Assembly (NCBI GenBank): GCA_049512315.1
Contig: JBEKXF010000033.1
Coordinates: 1 to 36,546 of the forward strand
Source: Candidatus Aminicenantales bacterium
GTDB lineage: Bacteria > Acidobacteriota > Aminicenantia > Aminicenantales > Saccharicenantaceae
Length of the DNA stretch: 36,546 nt
Reading direction: 5' to 3'
Each line of letters opens with the position of its first letter. The first letter of the stretch is position 1. Positions 17,003 through 25,815 of the stretch are shown here, piece after piece. A model generated the notes under the pieces. It was not told where the DNA came from. It made no database searches and worked only from the letters and a program-made list of their open reading frames with translations. The position numbers were made by a program, and so were the translations under genes.

Positions 17003-20000
17003 CTATTCCTCCGGGCAGGTCTCCCCTTCCGTCACTTCGAACTCCGACTTCGGAAGGCTTGCCTCCGGCTTCTTCCTGAAGAACCCGTAGAGGACCGGGA
17101 GCACTAGGAGCGTCAGCAGGGTCGAGGAGATCAGCCCGCCCACGACGACGACGGCCAACGGCTTCTGGATCTCGGAGCCGGGACCGGTGGCGAAGAGCAT
17201 CGGGATGAGGCTGAAAACGGCGATGGACGCCGTCATGAGCACCGGCCGGAGCCTGGTTTCGGCGCCCTTCCGGATGGCCTCCTCGAGGGGCATCCCGCAG
17301 TCCTGGAGCTGGGAGACATAGGAGACAAGGACAAGCCCGTTGAGAACGGCCACCCCGAACAGAACGATGAATCCGACCGAGGCCGGCACCGAAAGGTAGA
17401 GGCCCGAGATGAGGAGGGCAAAGACCCCGCCGATGAGGGCGAAAGGCAGGTTCAAGAGGACAAGCAGGGCCAGCCGGGCCGAGCGGAAGGTCATGAGCAG
17501 CAGGAAAAAGATGAGGGCGATGACCGCAGGCGTGATGACCATCAGCCTGGCCATGGCCCGTTGCTGGTTCTCGAACTGGCCGCCCCAGCTGACGTATGTT
17601 TCGCCCCGGAGCGGGACCTCACGCCGGACCCTGGCCCGCGCCTCCTTGACGAAGCCGCCGATGTCCCGGCCGGCGACGTTCATCTCGATGCCGATCCGGC
17701 GCTGGCCGTTTTCCCGGCTGATCTGGGCCGGCCCTTCGACGGCCTCGACGGAGGCCAGGTCCCCGAGCGGCACCCGGTATCCGCCGGGCGCGGTGATGAG
17801 GATCGTCTTGAGCTTCTCGACGGAGTCCCGGTGATCTTCTGCGAACCGGGTGATGATGTCAAAGAACTTGCTCTCCTCGTAGACGAGGCTGGCCGGCTTC
17901 CCCTCGACGGCAATCTCGACGACGTTGAGGACGTCCCGGACGTTGATCCCGAAACGGGCGATCTTCGCCCGGTCGACCGTGATCGTGATGTACGGCTGGC
18001 CGGAGACCTGCTCGACGAGGATGTCCTTGGCTCCCCGGACGCCCGAGAGGACCCGGGCGATGGCCCCGGCCGTGGACTTGAGCCCGTCCATGTCCTCGCC
18101 GAACACCTTGACCAGGACCTGGGCCCTCGTGCCTTCCATGAGCTCGTTGATCCGGCACTGGATGGGCTGGCTGAAGGAAATGACCATGCCCGGGACGTCG
18201 GCCACGGCCCGGCGCATTTTTTCCATGAGCTCGGGGCTGGTCCTGGCATTCTTCCATTCCGACCGCGGCCGGAGGGCTCCGACATAGCCCGTCCTGTCCA
18301 CGCCGCGCGCCTCGATGGCAATCCCCGTCTGGCCCGTCTTCCCCACGATGACCGCCATCTCGGGAAAAGCCATGACCTTTTGCTCGACGAGCTTGGATGT
18401 TTCCAGGGCCTTATCGAGCGAGACGCCGGGCAAAAGCTGGAAGTCCATGTCGAAGGCCCCCTCGTCCATGACGGGCAGGAACTCCGTCCCGAGGCGCGGG
18501 ATGACGGCGACCGCCGCGGCCAGAAGCAGCACCGCGGCCCCGATGACGAGCGCCTTCCGCCGCAGCCCGAACCGGAGGACGGGCAGATAGGCCTTCTTCG
18601 CCGCCCGCAACAGGAAGCTCTCCTTCTCGCGCCCCGGCTTGAGGACGAGCGAGCAGAGGACCGGGATGACGAAGATCGAGAGGAGAAGCGAAGACAGCAG
18701 GGCGATGGCCACCGTGAAGGCCAGGGGTGAAAACATTTTGCCCTCATAGCCCTGGAGAGAGACGATGGGCAGGAAGGTCAGGGCGATGATGAGCTCGCCG
18801 AAGATGCTGGGTTTGCGAACCTCGAGGACGGCCGTGAAAACGTCGTGGATGGTTGATCGTCCCCGCCCCGTCTCGCTCAGGTGCCGTTGGACATTCTCCA
18901 CCTGGATGATGGTCGCGTCGATGATCATGCCGATGCAGATGGCCAGTCCGCCGAGCGAAATGAGGTTGGCCGTCAGGCCCGCGCTCTTCATGACCGTGAA
19001 CGTCAGCAGGGCCGAGAACGGCAGCGCCAGGATGACGATGAGCGCCCCACGGACGCTCCGCAGGAAAAGGAAGAGGACGATGACGACCAGGATGGAGCCG
19101 AGCAGAAGCGCTCCCGTCACCGTGTCGATGCTCTTGACGATGATGTCTGAGCGCTTGTAATAGGCTTCGATCCGGACGCCTGCCGGCAGGAGGTTCGAGT
19201 CGTTGAGCTCGACGACCTTGGCCTCGACCCGCCGGACGACGTCGCGGCTGTTCTCGCCGCGGAGGAGCATGACGACCCCGCCGACGCACTCTTTCGTCCC
19301 GTCCTTGACGGCCGCCCCCTGGCGCACGGCGTGGTCCGTCTTGACCTCGGCGACATCGGCGATGGTCACGGGCACCCCCGCCGACGACTTGAGGACGATC
19401 TTCGAGATGTCGTCGACCGAGCGGATGAGCCCGATGCCGCGGATGAGGAACTGCTCGGAATGGCGGTCGAGGAAGCCGCCGCCGACGTTCTGGTTGTTGT
19501 TCTTGACGGCCTCGTAGACGTCGCTCGCGCCGAGCCCGTACTTGAGCAGCCGGTCCAGGTCGACGATGACCTGGTATTGTTTGATATAGCCACCGAAGGA
19601 ATTGACCTCGCTGACCCCGGGCACGGACTTGAGGAGCGGGCTGATGACCCAGTCCTGCACGGTCCGGAGCTCGGTGAGGCGGGCTTCCCGGGCCGTCACG
19701 TCGGCCGGCTCCGGCCCTTCGAGCGTGTATTGGTAGATCTCCCCCATCGCCGTCGCCACCGGCCCCATCTCGACCCGGACGTTCTCGGGCAGGCCGTCCT
19801 TGGCCTCGGCCAGACGCTGGAAGACGAGCTGGCGGGCGAAATAGATGTCCACTTTGTCCTCAAAGACGAGGGTGATGACCGAGATCCCGTACTTCGTGAC
19901 CGACCTCATGATCTCGAGGCCGGGCAGACCCCTCATGGACATCTCGACCGGGTAGGTCACGAGCTTCTCGATCTCCAGGGGCGACAGGCCCGGCGCCGTG

Positions 20001-20155
20001 GCCACGACCTCGACCTGGATGTTGGTCACGTCCGGGAAGGCGTCGATCGGGAGCGATAGGAAGGAATAGACCCCGGCTACGACGATGAGGCCGAGGACGA
20101 TGAGGATGAGGGCCCGCTGCCGGAGGGAGAAGGCGATGATCTTTTCGATCATCAT
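17003..20155 (-). CDS. Heavy-metal efflux RND permease (CusA/CzcA family)
   Basis: LPIDAFPDVT, GEIYQY, EGKMFSPLA, GPAQISRENGQRR, RLRPVLMTA, GSEIQKPLA; 1050 aa. Confidence 0.95.
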   Translation of the reverse strand: MMIEKIIAFSLRQRALILIVLGLIVVAGVYSFLSLPIDAFPDVTNIQVEVVATAPGLSPLEIEKLVTYPVEMSMRGLPGLEIMRSVTKYGISVITLVFEDKVDIYFARQLVFQRLAEAKDGLPENVRVEMGPVATAMGEIYQYTLEGPEPADVTAREARLTELRTVQDWVISPLLKSVPGVSEVNSFGGYIKQYQVIVDLDRLLKYGLGASDVYEAVKNNNQNVGGGFLDRHSEQFLIRGIGLIRSVDDISKIVLKSSAGVPVTIADVAEVKTDHAVRQGAAVKDGTKECVGGVVMLLRGENSRDVVRRVEAKVVELNDSNLLPAGVRIEAYYKRSDIIVKSIDTVTGALLLGSILVVIVLFLFLRSVRGALIVILALPFSALLTFTVMKSAGLTANLISLGGLAICIGMIIDATIIQVENVQRHLSETGRGRSTIHDVFTAVLEVRKPSIFGELIIALTFLPIVSLQGYEGKMFSPLAFTVAIALLSSLLLSIFVIPVLCSLVLKPGREKESFLLRAAKKAYLPVLRFGLRRKALVIGAAVLLLAAAVAVIPRLGTEFLPVMDEGAFDMDFQLLPGVSLDKALETSKLVEQKVMAFPEMAVIVGKTGQTGIAIEARGVDRTGYVGALRPRSEWKNARTSPELMEKMRRAVADVPGMVISFSQPIQCRINELMEGTRAQVLVKVFGEDMDGLKSTAGAIARVLSGVRGAKDILVEQVSGQPYITITVDRAKIARFGINVRDVLNVVEIAVEGKPASLVYEESKFFDIITRFAEDHRDSVEKLKTILITAPGGYRVPLGDLASVEAVEGPAQISRENGQRRIGIEMNVAGRDIGGFVKEARARVRREVPLRGETYVSWGGQFENQQRAMARLMVITPAVIALIFFLLLMTFRSARLALLVLLNLPFALIGGVFALLISGLYLSVPASVGFIVLFGVAVLNGLVLVSYVSQLQDCGMPLEEAIRKGAETRLRPVLMTASIAVFSLIPMLFATGPGSEIQKPLAVVVVGGLISSTLLTLLVLPVLYGFFRKKPEASLPKSEFEVTEGETCPEE

Positions 20156-21324
20156 TTCTCTCCCTCGAGCGTGCTCTTGAGCATTTCGGCCTTGACGTCG
20201 AAACTGCCGTCCGTCACGACGCTTTCCCCTTCCTTGAGCCCTTCGAGGACCTCGACGTATTCCCCGACCGTCCTCCCCTTCCGGATGTCCCGCCGGACAA
20301 ACGTCCCGCCCGGCCCGGGCAGGAAGACGACGGTCCTGCCGGCGATCGTCCGAACGGCCCGCTCGGGGACCGAGAGCATCGTCACGGGGTCTTTCGAGAT
20401 GATCCGAACCTCGCCGAACATGCCCGGCTTGAGCCTGCCGGCGCTGTTGGCGACCTCGACCCGGCCCTTGACGGTCCGGGAGGCCTCGTCGATGAACGCG
20501 CCCACCATGTTCAGGGTCCCCTTGAAAACTTCCCCCGGATAGGCCGTGACGGTGAGTTCCACCTGATCCCCAACCGCGACCGAGGCCAAGTCCACTTCAA
20601 ACACATTGACCTGGACCCAGAGCGCCGTCAAGTCGGCGACGGCACAGAGACAAGTCCCGGTCTCCGCGGCGGTCCCGACCGCGGCCTCCGCCTCGACGAC
20701 TGTCCCCGAGATCGGGGCCCGGACGGGCAGGACGGAAAGGGCCCGGCGGTCCGTCCGGAGAGAAGCGAGGTCGGCTTGCTCGAAGCCCATGGTCTTGAGC
20801 TTGGCCTCGGCCGACCGCAGCAGGCCCTCGTGCAACTTCTCATCTTCTGAGGCGGGGGCCTTATCGCCCGTCGGAACGCGGGCCAGGATCTGGAGGTATT
20901 CGGCCTGGGCCGCCATCAGATCGGGGCTCCAGAGCCAGAAGAGGTCCTGGCCGGCCCGGACCCGGTCGCCCTCGAACACGAATACTTTCTCCACCCGGCC
21001 GGCGATACGCGGGGTTACCTTGACGTATTTTCTCTGGTTGAGGGCAACCGTCCCCGAGGCTTTGACCGCGGGGTGAAAAGTCCTGACCCGGGCCGTCTCG
21101 GTCTTGATCCCGGCCGTCCTCGCCGCGTCCGCCGTCAGGACGACCTTTCCTTCGATCGTCTGCCCGCCCGGCGGCGCCGCCTGGCTTTTGCCCGGCTTGG
21201 CCGTGCACGCCTGGAGAAAAATAAAGGAAGATCCGACCAGGACCGCCGGCAGCAATATCCCAAGAGTTTTTTTCATAACCGTCCTCGCATTCATGTCCAC
21301 GCTTTCATTCGTTGTTCCCGACAC
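20152..21324 (-). CDS. RND periplasmic adaptor (CzcB/CusB-like); start may be 10-16 codons downstream
   Basis: GRVEKVFVFEGDRV, VRAPISGTV, LKPGMF, GLKEGESVVTDG; lipobox-like FLQAC. Confidence 0.92.
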   Translation of the reverse strand: MSGTTNESVDMNARTVMKKTLGILLPAVLVGSSFIFLQACTAKPGKSQAAPPGGQTIEGKVVLTADAARTAGIKTETARVRTFHPAVKASGTVALNQRKYVKVTPRIAGRVEKVFVFEGDRVRAGQDLFWLWSPDLMAAQAEYLQILARVPTGDKAPASEDEKLHEGLLRSAEAKLKTMGFEQADLASLRTDRRALSVLPVRAPISGTVVEAEAAVGTAAETGTCLCAVADLTALWVQVNVFEVDLASVAVGDQVELTVTAYPGEVFKGTLNMVGAFIDEASRTVKGRVEVANSAGRLKPGMFGEVRIISKDPVTMLSVPERAVRTIAGRTVVFLPGPGGTFVRRDIRKGRTVGEYVEVLEGLKEGESVVTDGSFDVKAEMLKSTLEGEK

Positions 21325-22552
21325 CGAGGTCCTCGTCCTCGCCGGCCGCGGCGATCTCGATCAGGGCGAGCCGGTGGTTGAGCAGGGCCCTGAGGAATTC
21401 CGCCCGGCTCTCCTTCAGGCTCCGGACGATGTCCAGGACGCCGAGAGCGTCCGTTTTCCCGTACTGGTAACTGATGAGGCCCGCTTTCAGGGATTCCTCA
21501 ACGTCCCGGATCAGGGAATCGCGAAAGAGCCCGATCTGCTCCTCGAGGGCCTGGACGTCGGCGTAGGACCTCTCCAGGACGAGGAGGACCCTCCGCGCCT
21601 GCCCCCGGGCTTCGATGGCCGCCTGCTCCGACACGGCCTCGGCCTCGACCGCTGCCCCCCGATATTCCTTGCGGAAGAGCGGCAGGGTCAGCCCGACTTC
21701 GACCCCCCATTCGCCGAGCTTCTTGCTCGGAGTGAACAGTCCGACGATGAAATCTGGAAGCCCCGACTTCCGGGCCAGGGAGAGCGAAAGGCCGGCCTGA
21801 GTCCCCCTGGCCGTCGCGAGCCGGAGGGTCGAGCCGGCCAAGGCCGCCGCCTTCAGCTCCTCGAAGCTCCGGCCGAGCAGAGAGAAGTCGATCCCGGTCG
21901 TGAATTCCAGCGGTTCGTAGCGCTCATCTCCCATAAGGAGGCCGAGGGCCATCGTTCTTTCCTTGAGCTCCCGCCGGGCCTCGACGATCTCGTTCCGGAC
22001 GCGGAGCGACTCGAGCCGGCCGCGGATGACGTCCAGGTACGGGACCTGGCCGTTCTTGTAGCGCTCTGCCGCCAGCTCCGAATATTCCTTCAGGGTCGCC
22101 AGTATCGATTCGAGGTCGGCCACCCGGTTCAGAGCGTACGCCGCCCGGAAATAGGCTCGTTCCGTCCGGCCCCGGACGACGTTCCTGACCCGCTCGAGCT
22201 CGAGAGCCGCCTGGTCCTCGCCCGACCGGCCAATCTCCCGCCGGAGGCTCTGTTTTCCGGGGAACTCGAGGCGTTGCCGGACACCCAAGCTGAATTCCCG
22301 ATCGCTTTGGGAGTTCCAAAGAGGCAGCCCCACGGCGTCGAAGCTCAGCTCCGGGTTGGGGACCGCCTCGAGCTGAAGACGCCGGCCCCTGGCCGCATCG
22401 ACTTCTTTTTGGGCTTTGAGGACCGCGGGATGGCTGGCGAGGGCCCGGGTCACGGCGTCATCGAGCGAGACCGCCCGGTCCCCGGCCGCGAGGGCGGGGC
22501 CAAGGGCGCCGGCGACCAAGAGCCCTAGGATGAACGGCTTCCAACGAGCCAT
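21305..22552 (-). CDS. TolC/CzcC-family outer-membrane factor
   Basis: Signal peptide; SLDDAVTRALASHP, PNPEL, QRLEFPGK, YKNGQVPYLDV, YQYGKTDALGVL. Confidence 0.92.
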   Translation of the reverse strand: MARWKPFILGLLVAGALGPALAAGDRAVSLDDAVTRALASHPAVLKAQKEVDAARGRRLQLEAVPNPELSFDAVGLPLWNSQSDREFSLGVRQRLEFPGKQSLRREIGRSGEDQAALELERVRNVVRGRTERAYFRAAYALNRVADLESILATLKEYSELAAERYKNGQVPYLDVIRGRLESLRVRNEIVEARRELKERTMALGLLMGDERYEPLEFTTGIDFSLLGRSFEELKAAALAGSTLRLATARGTQAGLSLSLARKSGLPDFIVGLFTPSKKLGEWGVEVGLTLPLFRKEYRGAAVEAEAVSEQAAIEARGQARRVLLVLERSYADVQALEEQIGLFRDSLIRDVEESLKAGLISYQYGKTDALGVLDIVRSLKESRAEFLRALLNHRLALIEIAAAGEDEDLGVGNNE

Positions 22553-22634
22553 GCGTTTTCCTCCTTCCTGGATATCGGGAGACCGCGTCCGCGATTCCGG
22601 CGCGACCGTGAGGAACCGCCGGGATCGCCCGGGA

Positions 22635-22934
22635 TCAAGAGAGGAAGGATTTGGGAGGGTGGGCGATGTCGGCGTTGAACGCCTTCACGGGAGACCGGTC
22701 GAACGGATCGACCCTCAGGCGCTCAACCCCCTGGAAGCCGGAAAAATCAAACGCCCCGGGAGAGAAAAGGTTGCTCCAGAAACAGAGACAGATCGACGCC
22801 GCGTAGCCGTGAGAGTGGGAAAACGTCCCCCCGGGCATGGGATTGTGCACGTGGCAATAATCTTCGGCAAAAAAGAAGTAAAGACTGAGCCCCGCGAAGA
22901 TCAGGACGAACAGGAGAGCCGTGGTTTTTTTCAT
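22635..22934 (-). CDS. Small exported His/Cys-rich leader protein (CruR/CutF/DUF2946-like) upstream of the RND operon
   Basis: Signal-like N-terminus, CHVH, HSH, CLC and C-terminal HPPK; SD GGAG; first gene of the operon. Confidence 0.65.
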   Translation of the reverse strand: MKKTTALLFVLIFAGLSLYFFFAEDYCHVHNPMPGGTFSHSHGYAASICLCFWSNLFSPGAFDFSGFQGVERLRVDPFDRSPVKAFNADIAHPPKSFLS

Positions 22935-22984
22935 TCTCCGGCCATAAGTCGGGTCTTATCGCACGCCGGAGAAACGCCGTCAAC

Positions 22985-23238
22985 GAGCCTGCCCGGCCCA
23001 GCACGTTGACGAACACGACCTTGACCGAATCCGCCTCGACGCGGAGAGGAAAAACCCGGTAATTCAGCCGACCGATGGTGACGGTCAGGCCGGGCTCTTT
23101 CGAGAGGGTCGTTTCGATGTAGCTCTTGAGCGCCGGCTTGTGAAAATAGACGTAGAGGGAAAATCCGGTGACGAGGATGGGGGCGGAGGCGAGGACGATG
23201 CCGCCCGTCCGAAGAGCTCTCTTCCAGCGTTTCTTCAT
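22985..23238 (-). pseudogene. 5' fragment of an AsmA-like membrane-anchored protein
   Basis: MKKRWKR-TM-KPALKSYIETTLSKEPGLTVTIGRLNYRVFPLRVEADSV resembles an AsmA N-terminus. After ~84 aa the frame reads out of register through the next gene. Left boundary approximate. Confidence 0.5.
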
Positions 23239-23270
23239 ACCGTCATCAGGTGAAGCGAAGGGGGTCCTCC

Positions 23271-23801
23271 CTACTTCTTCCTGAGAGCCCCCTGGACGTA
23301 GACCTTGAATTCCCCTCCCGGCGGGGCGATCCAGAAGACGTTCTCGAGCCCGCCGTCAGCCTTCAAGGCGTAGGTCATCCGGAAGCGCGGCCCCGGCCCG
23401 GCGGAGTCCGTCTCAAAGACCACCGAATGGGGAGACTGCGGGAACGACACGGCGTAATGAATGACGTGGCCCTCGTTGTCGAAATAGATCGCCCGAAAAG
23501 AAGCCCCATCGGACGCGGGATAGATGATCATCAGGTCTTCATGCGAAAGGCCAGCCTTTTCGCCGGCCTTGGGGGGGTACTTGGCCCAATTCTTCCTGAC
23601 GAGGATTTTCTTATCGAGGCCGAAAGCGAATCCCGTTCCGCCCACCGCCTCGCCGGGTGCGCCCGTGCCCACGCCTTCCCAGTCTCCGATGAGAAAATTC
23701 AGGCGGGCCCAAGGATCAGCCGGTTTCGGCGCCTGCGCCGATACGGAGCCCGCCCCGAACGCCAGGAGGGCCAGGACCATCAGGATGCCGATGCGTTTCA
23801 T
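23271..23801 (-). CDS. Exported hypothetical protein, probable lipocalin/nitrobindin-like beta-barrel
   Basis: Signal peptide; WARLNFLIGDWEG, RAIYFDNEGHVIHY; SD AAGGAG. Confidence 0.7.
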   Translation of the reverse strand: MKRIGILMVLALLAFGAGSVSAQAPKPADPWARLNFLIGDWEGVGTGAPGEAVGGTGFAFGLDKKILVRKNWAKYPPKAGEKAGLSHEDLMIIYPASDGASFRAIYFDNEGHVIHYAVSFPQSPHSVVFETDSAGPGPRFRMTYALKADGGLENVFWIAPPGGEFKVYVQGALRKK

Positions 23802-23852
23802 GCTTTCTCCTTTGCCCGCTTCATTTTAACATCTGTCGCGACGGAGTGCTAT

Positions 23853-24047
23853 TCAGTTGGCGAAATAGCAGGCCCGGTTGGTGACTCGGAATCGTTTTCC
23901 TTTGACGACGACCTTGATCTCCTTGAACTTCCCGTCGGTTTGGTAGTTTTCTGGGACATAGTGCAGGAGATAGTAGTTTTCCGTCGCCGTCGCAGTGAAT
24001 GGGGTCAGGGCATTGGTGACACCCGGGTCTTCAGATTTTTCTTCCAC
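23853..24047 (-). pseudogene. Orphan 3' fragment of a VWA-related (Acidobacterial-type) protein
   Basis: YYLLHYVPEN.TDGKFKEIKVVVK..RVTNRACY resembles the C-terminus of such proteins; 5' part absent, abutting an IS relic. Confidence 0.5.
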
Positions 24048-24069
24048 TGGCGATAATATTCATACGGCG

Positions 24070-24711
24070 TCAGATAGTCCAGCGCTTGGTGCGGGCAGAT
24101 ATAAGCGTATCCACCTGGACCAGGTCTCCGGGGGCTTCCACCCGATAGCCCTTGGGCTTACGGACGGCGTAGCCGGGCTTGCGCCGCCTCTTGCGGGCCA
24201 ACTTCGCTTGCCTCACGTTCTCCGGTTCCACGAGCAGCCCCCGAGCCCGCAGCCGCGACATGACCCTCTCCACCGTCGACCCCGACACCCGGAGGCCTTC
24301 CCGGGCCAATAAAACCGCCAGCTTCTCCTTCCCCCACCGGGGATAACGCTGCCGAAGCTCCAGGATCTTCTCCGTCACCGCTGGGGGGGGTCTGGACTGC
24401 TGGACTCTATGGCGTCGTCTCGACCCCTCCTCCAACGTCGTCAGGTCCTAGGGATCATGTCGGTTCTTCCAGCGGTAGAACGTCTGGGCGCTGATGCCGA
24501 AGTACCGGCACGTCTGACGGGCGTTGCCGCTACGGGCATAATGATCCATCCACCGGAGCCGCTTAGCGGCCCCCTGGGAGATCTTCCCCTAGTGAACGAG
24601 CGACGGGATGTACTCAGCCCCGGTATAAGGGACCCGTAACCCTGGGCTGATGGCAAGTACATCGTGCCTCATATCTTAACCCAAGGTGTCACTAATGTAT
24701 CTGACCCTACG
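24070..24711 (-). mobile_element. IS481-family element remnant (pseudogenised transposase)
   Basis: KRLRWMDHY..NARQTCRYFGISAQTFYRWK (HTH), in-frame TAG at 24448-24450, YPRWGKEKL, VSGSTV, PGDLVQVDT, then truncation after the first DDE Asp; 5' frameshift. End sequence cGTAGGGTCAGATACATTAGTGACACC resembles a mutated TGT terminus. Confidence 0.82.
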
Positions 24712-24791
24712 CAGGGCGGCTGGAGAGAGCGATCAGGCATCCGGGAAGGGGAGTGCAAGGAAAACTGAGAAAAAAAATTATTATTTGCTCC

Positions 24792-24825
24792 TTGACAAGA
24801 CCAGTGGGCGCACCCATATTATAAT
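24792..24825 (+). promoter_or_regulatory. Sigma70-like promoter inside an inverted repeat
   Basis: TTGACA-17 bp-CATATT, followed by an overlapping TATAAT. CTTGACAA...TTGTCAAG inverted repeat and TGGG-CGCA-CCCA dyad in the spacer. Confidence 0.55.
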
Positions 24826-24826
24826 T

Positions 24827-24986
24827 GTCAAGCTACAGGACGCATTGCTCCTTCGGGGCACGGGAAGCCCGGCAGGGCGAAGCTGGGCATGGCGCGCGGA
24901 GAGGCAAGGCGAGGCATTGGCAACGTCAAGGCGCACGGAGCCTTAGATCCTCTCACAAGTTCCTGTCTCGTGGGAGGATTCTTTTT
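24827..24986 (+). ncRNA. Candidate ~160-nt small RNA
   Basis: Bounded by a promoter and an intrinsic terminator; internal hairpins; no SD-led ORF. Confidence 0.35.
24947..24986 (+). terminator. Intrinsic terminator
   Basis: ATCCTCTCAC/GTGGGAGGAT stem followed by TCTTTTT. Confidence 0.65.
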
Positions 24987-25027
24987 GCTCAATGGTCCCC
25001 TCACCTTCTCGTCGATCCCTTCGTCGA

Positions 25028-25129
25028 TCAGGCCTCGCGCTTCGATTCGCCGATAACCCGCTTGATCCTCTTGTCCTTGCAGGTAAAATCTATGACCCGC
25101 TTCCCAGCGCTATTTCTTTGGACGCTCAT
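25028..25129 (-). pseudogene. N-terminal stub (33 aa) of a probable tyrosine integrase
   Basis: MSVQRNSAGKRVIDFTCKDKRIKRVIGESKREA* resembles an integrase arm-binding domain; overlaps the end of the upstream gene. Confidence 0.5.
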
Positions 25130-25550
25130 TTTTGCCCCCCAGGTGGAATCTCCTATAGTCCTTGTAGGCCCGGCGAAGTCCCCACTTCTCGCAAAGGTCA
25201 TCAGCCGCGCGCTCCGCGGCCTCGCCGCCCTCGTTGATGCCGCTATCGTCCAGGACGTAATGCGCCACCTCGTGGGCAACCAGATCCGCCTTCGAACGCT
25301 CCGACCTCATGCCCTTGAAGTTCAACAAGATGAACGCCTTCCTGCCATCAACGATAAAGGACGGGTAAACCGTGCCGTCCGCCACGGTGTGGACGAACAC
25401 AACCTCCGACAGCGCCCGATCGCGAACCTCGGCCGGAAGTTTCGCGAGGGTCCTGACGATGACGCCGTTGTTCAGGTCATCATCAACGCAGGCATGGCCG
25501 ATGACGCACAGCTCATCATGAATCCTCTCCAATGATTTGTTTTCGCTCAT
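25110..25550 (-). CDS. HExxH zinc-metallopeptidase-like protein (ImmA/IrrE-like)
   Basis: LVAHEVAHYVL followed by EAAERAADDLCEKWG. Confidence 0.65.
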   Translation of the reverse strand: MSENKSLERIHDELCVIGHACVDDDLNNGVIVRTLAKLPAEVRDRALSEVVFVHTVADGTVYPSFIVDGRKAFILLNFKGMRSERSKADLVAHEVAHYVLDDSGINEGGEAAERAADDLCEKWGLRRAYKDYRRFHLGGKNERPKK

Positions 25551-25553
25551 GGC

Positions 25554-25769
25554 TTATTTCCTACTCTTCGGACCGTGTTCCGTTTTCGCAGCGCGCTTGT
25601 TCCGCGGCTTCCATTCCTGCAGGAAGGCCAGGAGGTCCTTTTCCTGGATCCGCACGGACCTCCCCACCCGGTATGCTTTTAGCCAGCCCTGGCTCATCCA
25701 AGCCCAAAGAGCCGCGCGAGTGACCTTGAGCTTTTTGCAAACCTCATTGACCGTCAGGAATTCGTCCAT
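25554..25769 (-). CDS. Excisionase-like HTH_17 DNA-binding protein
   Basis: FLTVNEVCKKLKVTRAALWAWMSQGWLKAYRVGRSVRI; SD GAGGT. Confidence 0.88.
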   Translation of the reverse strand: MDEFLTVNEVCKKLKVTRAALWAWMSQGWLKAYRVGRSVRIQEKDLLAFLQEWKPRNKRAAKTEHGPKSRK

Positions 25770-25787
25770 TTCAGACCTCTATCATCC

Positions 25788-25815
25788 ATTGTATGCCAAT
25801 ATCAATGAATGTCAA
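25788..25815 (-). promoter_or_regulatory. Promoter of the xis-like operon with internal direct repeats
   Basis: Minus strand TTGACA-16 bp-TACAAT, containing ATTGACA/ATTGATA/ATTGGCA repeats. Confidence 0.6.

Noticed and set aside
24448..24450. In-frame TAG in the transposase as possible recoding
   Set aside because: The element is also frameshifted and truncated, and TAG is an ordinary stop in many genes here.
24825..25535. 236-aa + strand ORF
   Set aside because: Runs through an intrinsic terminator and is antisense to the HExxH gene.
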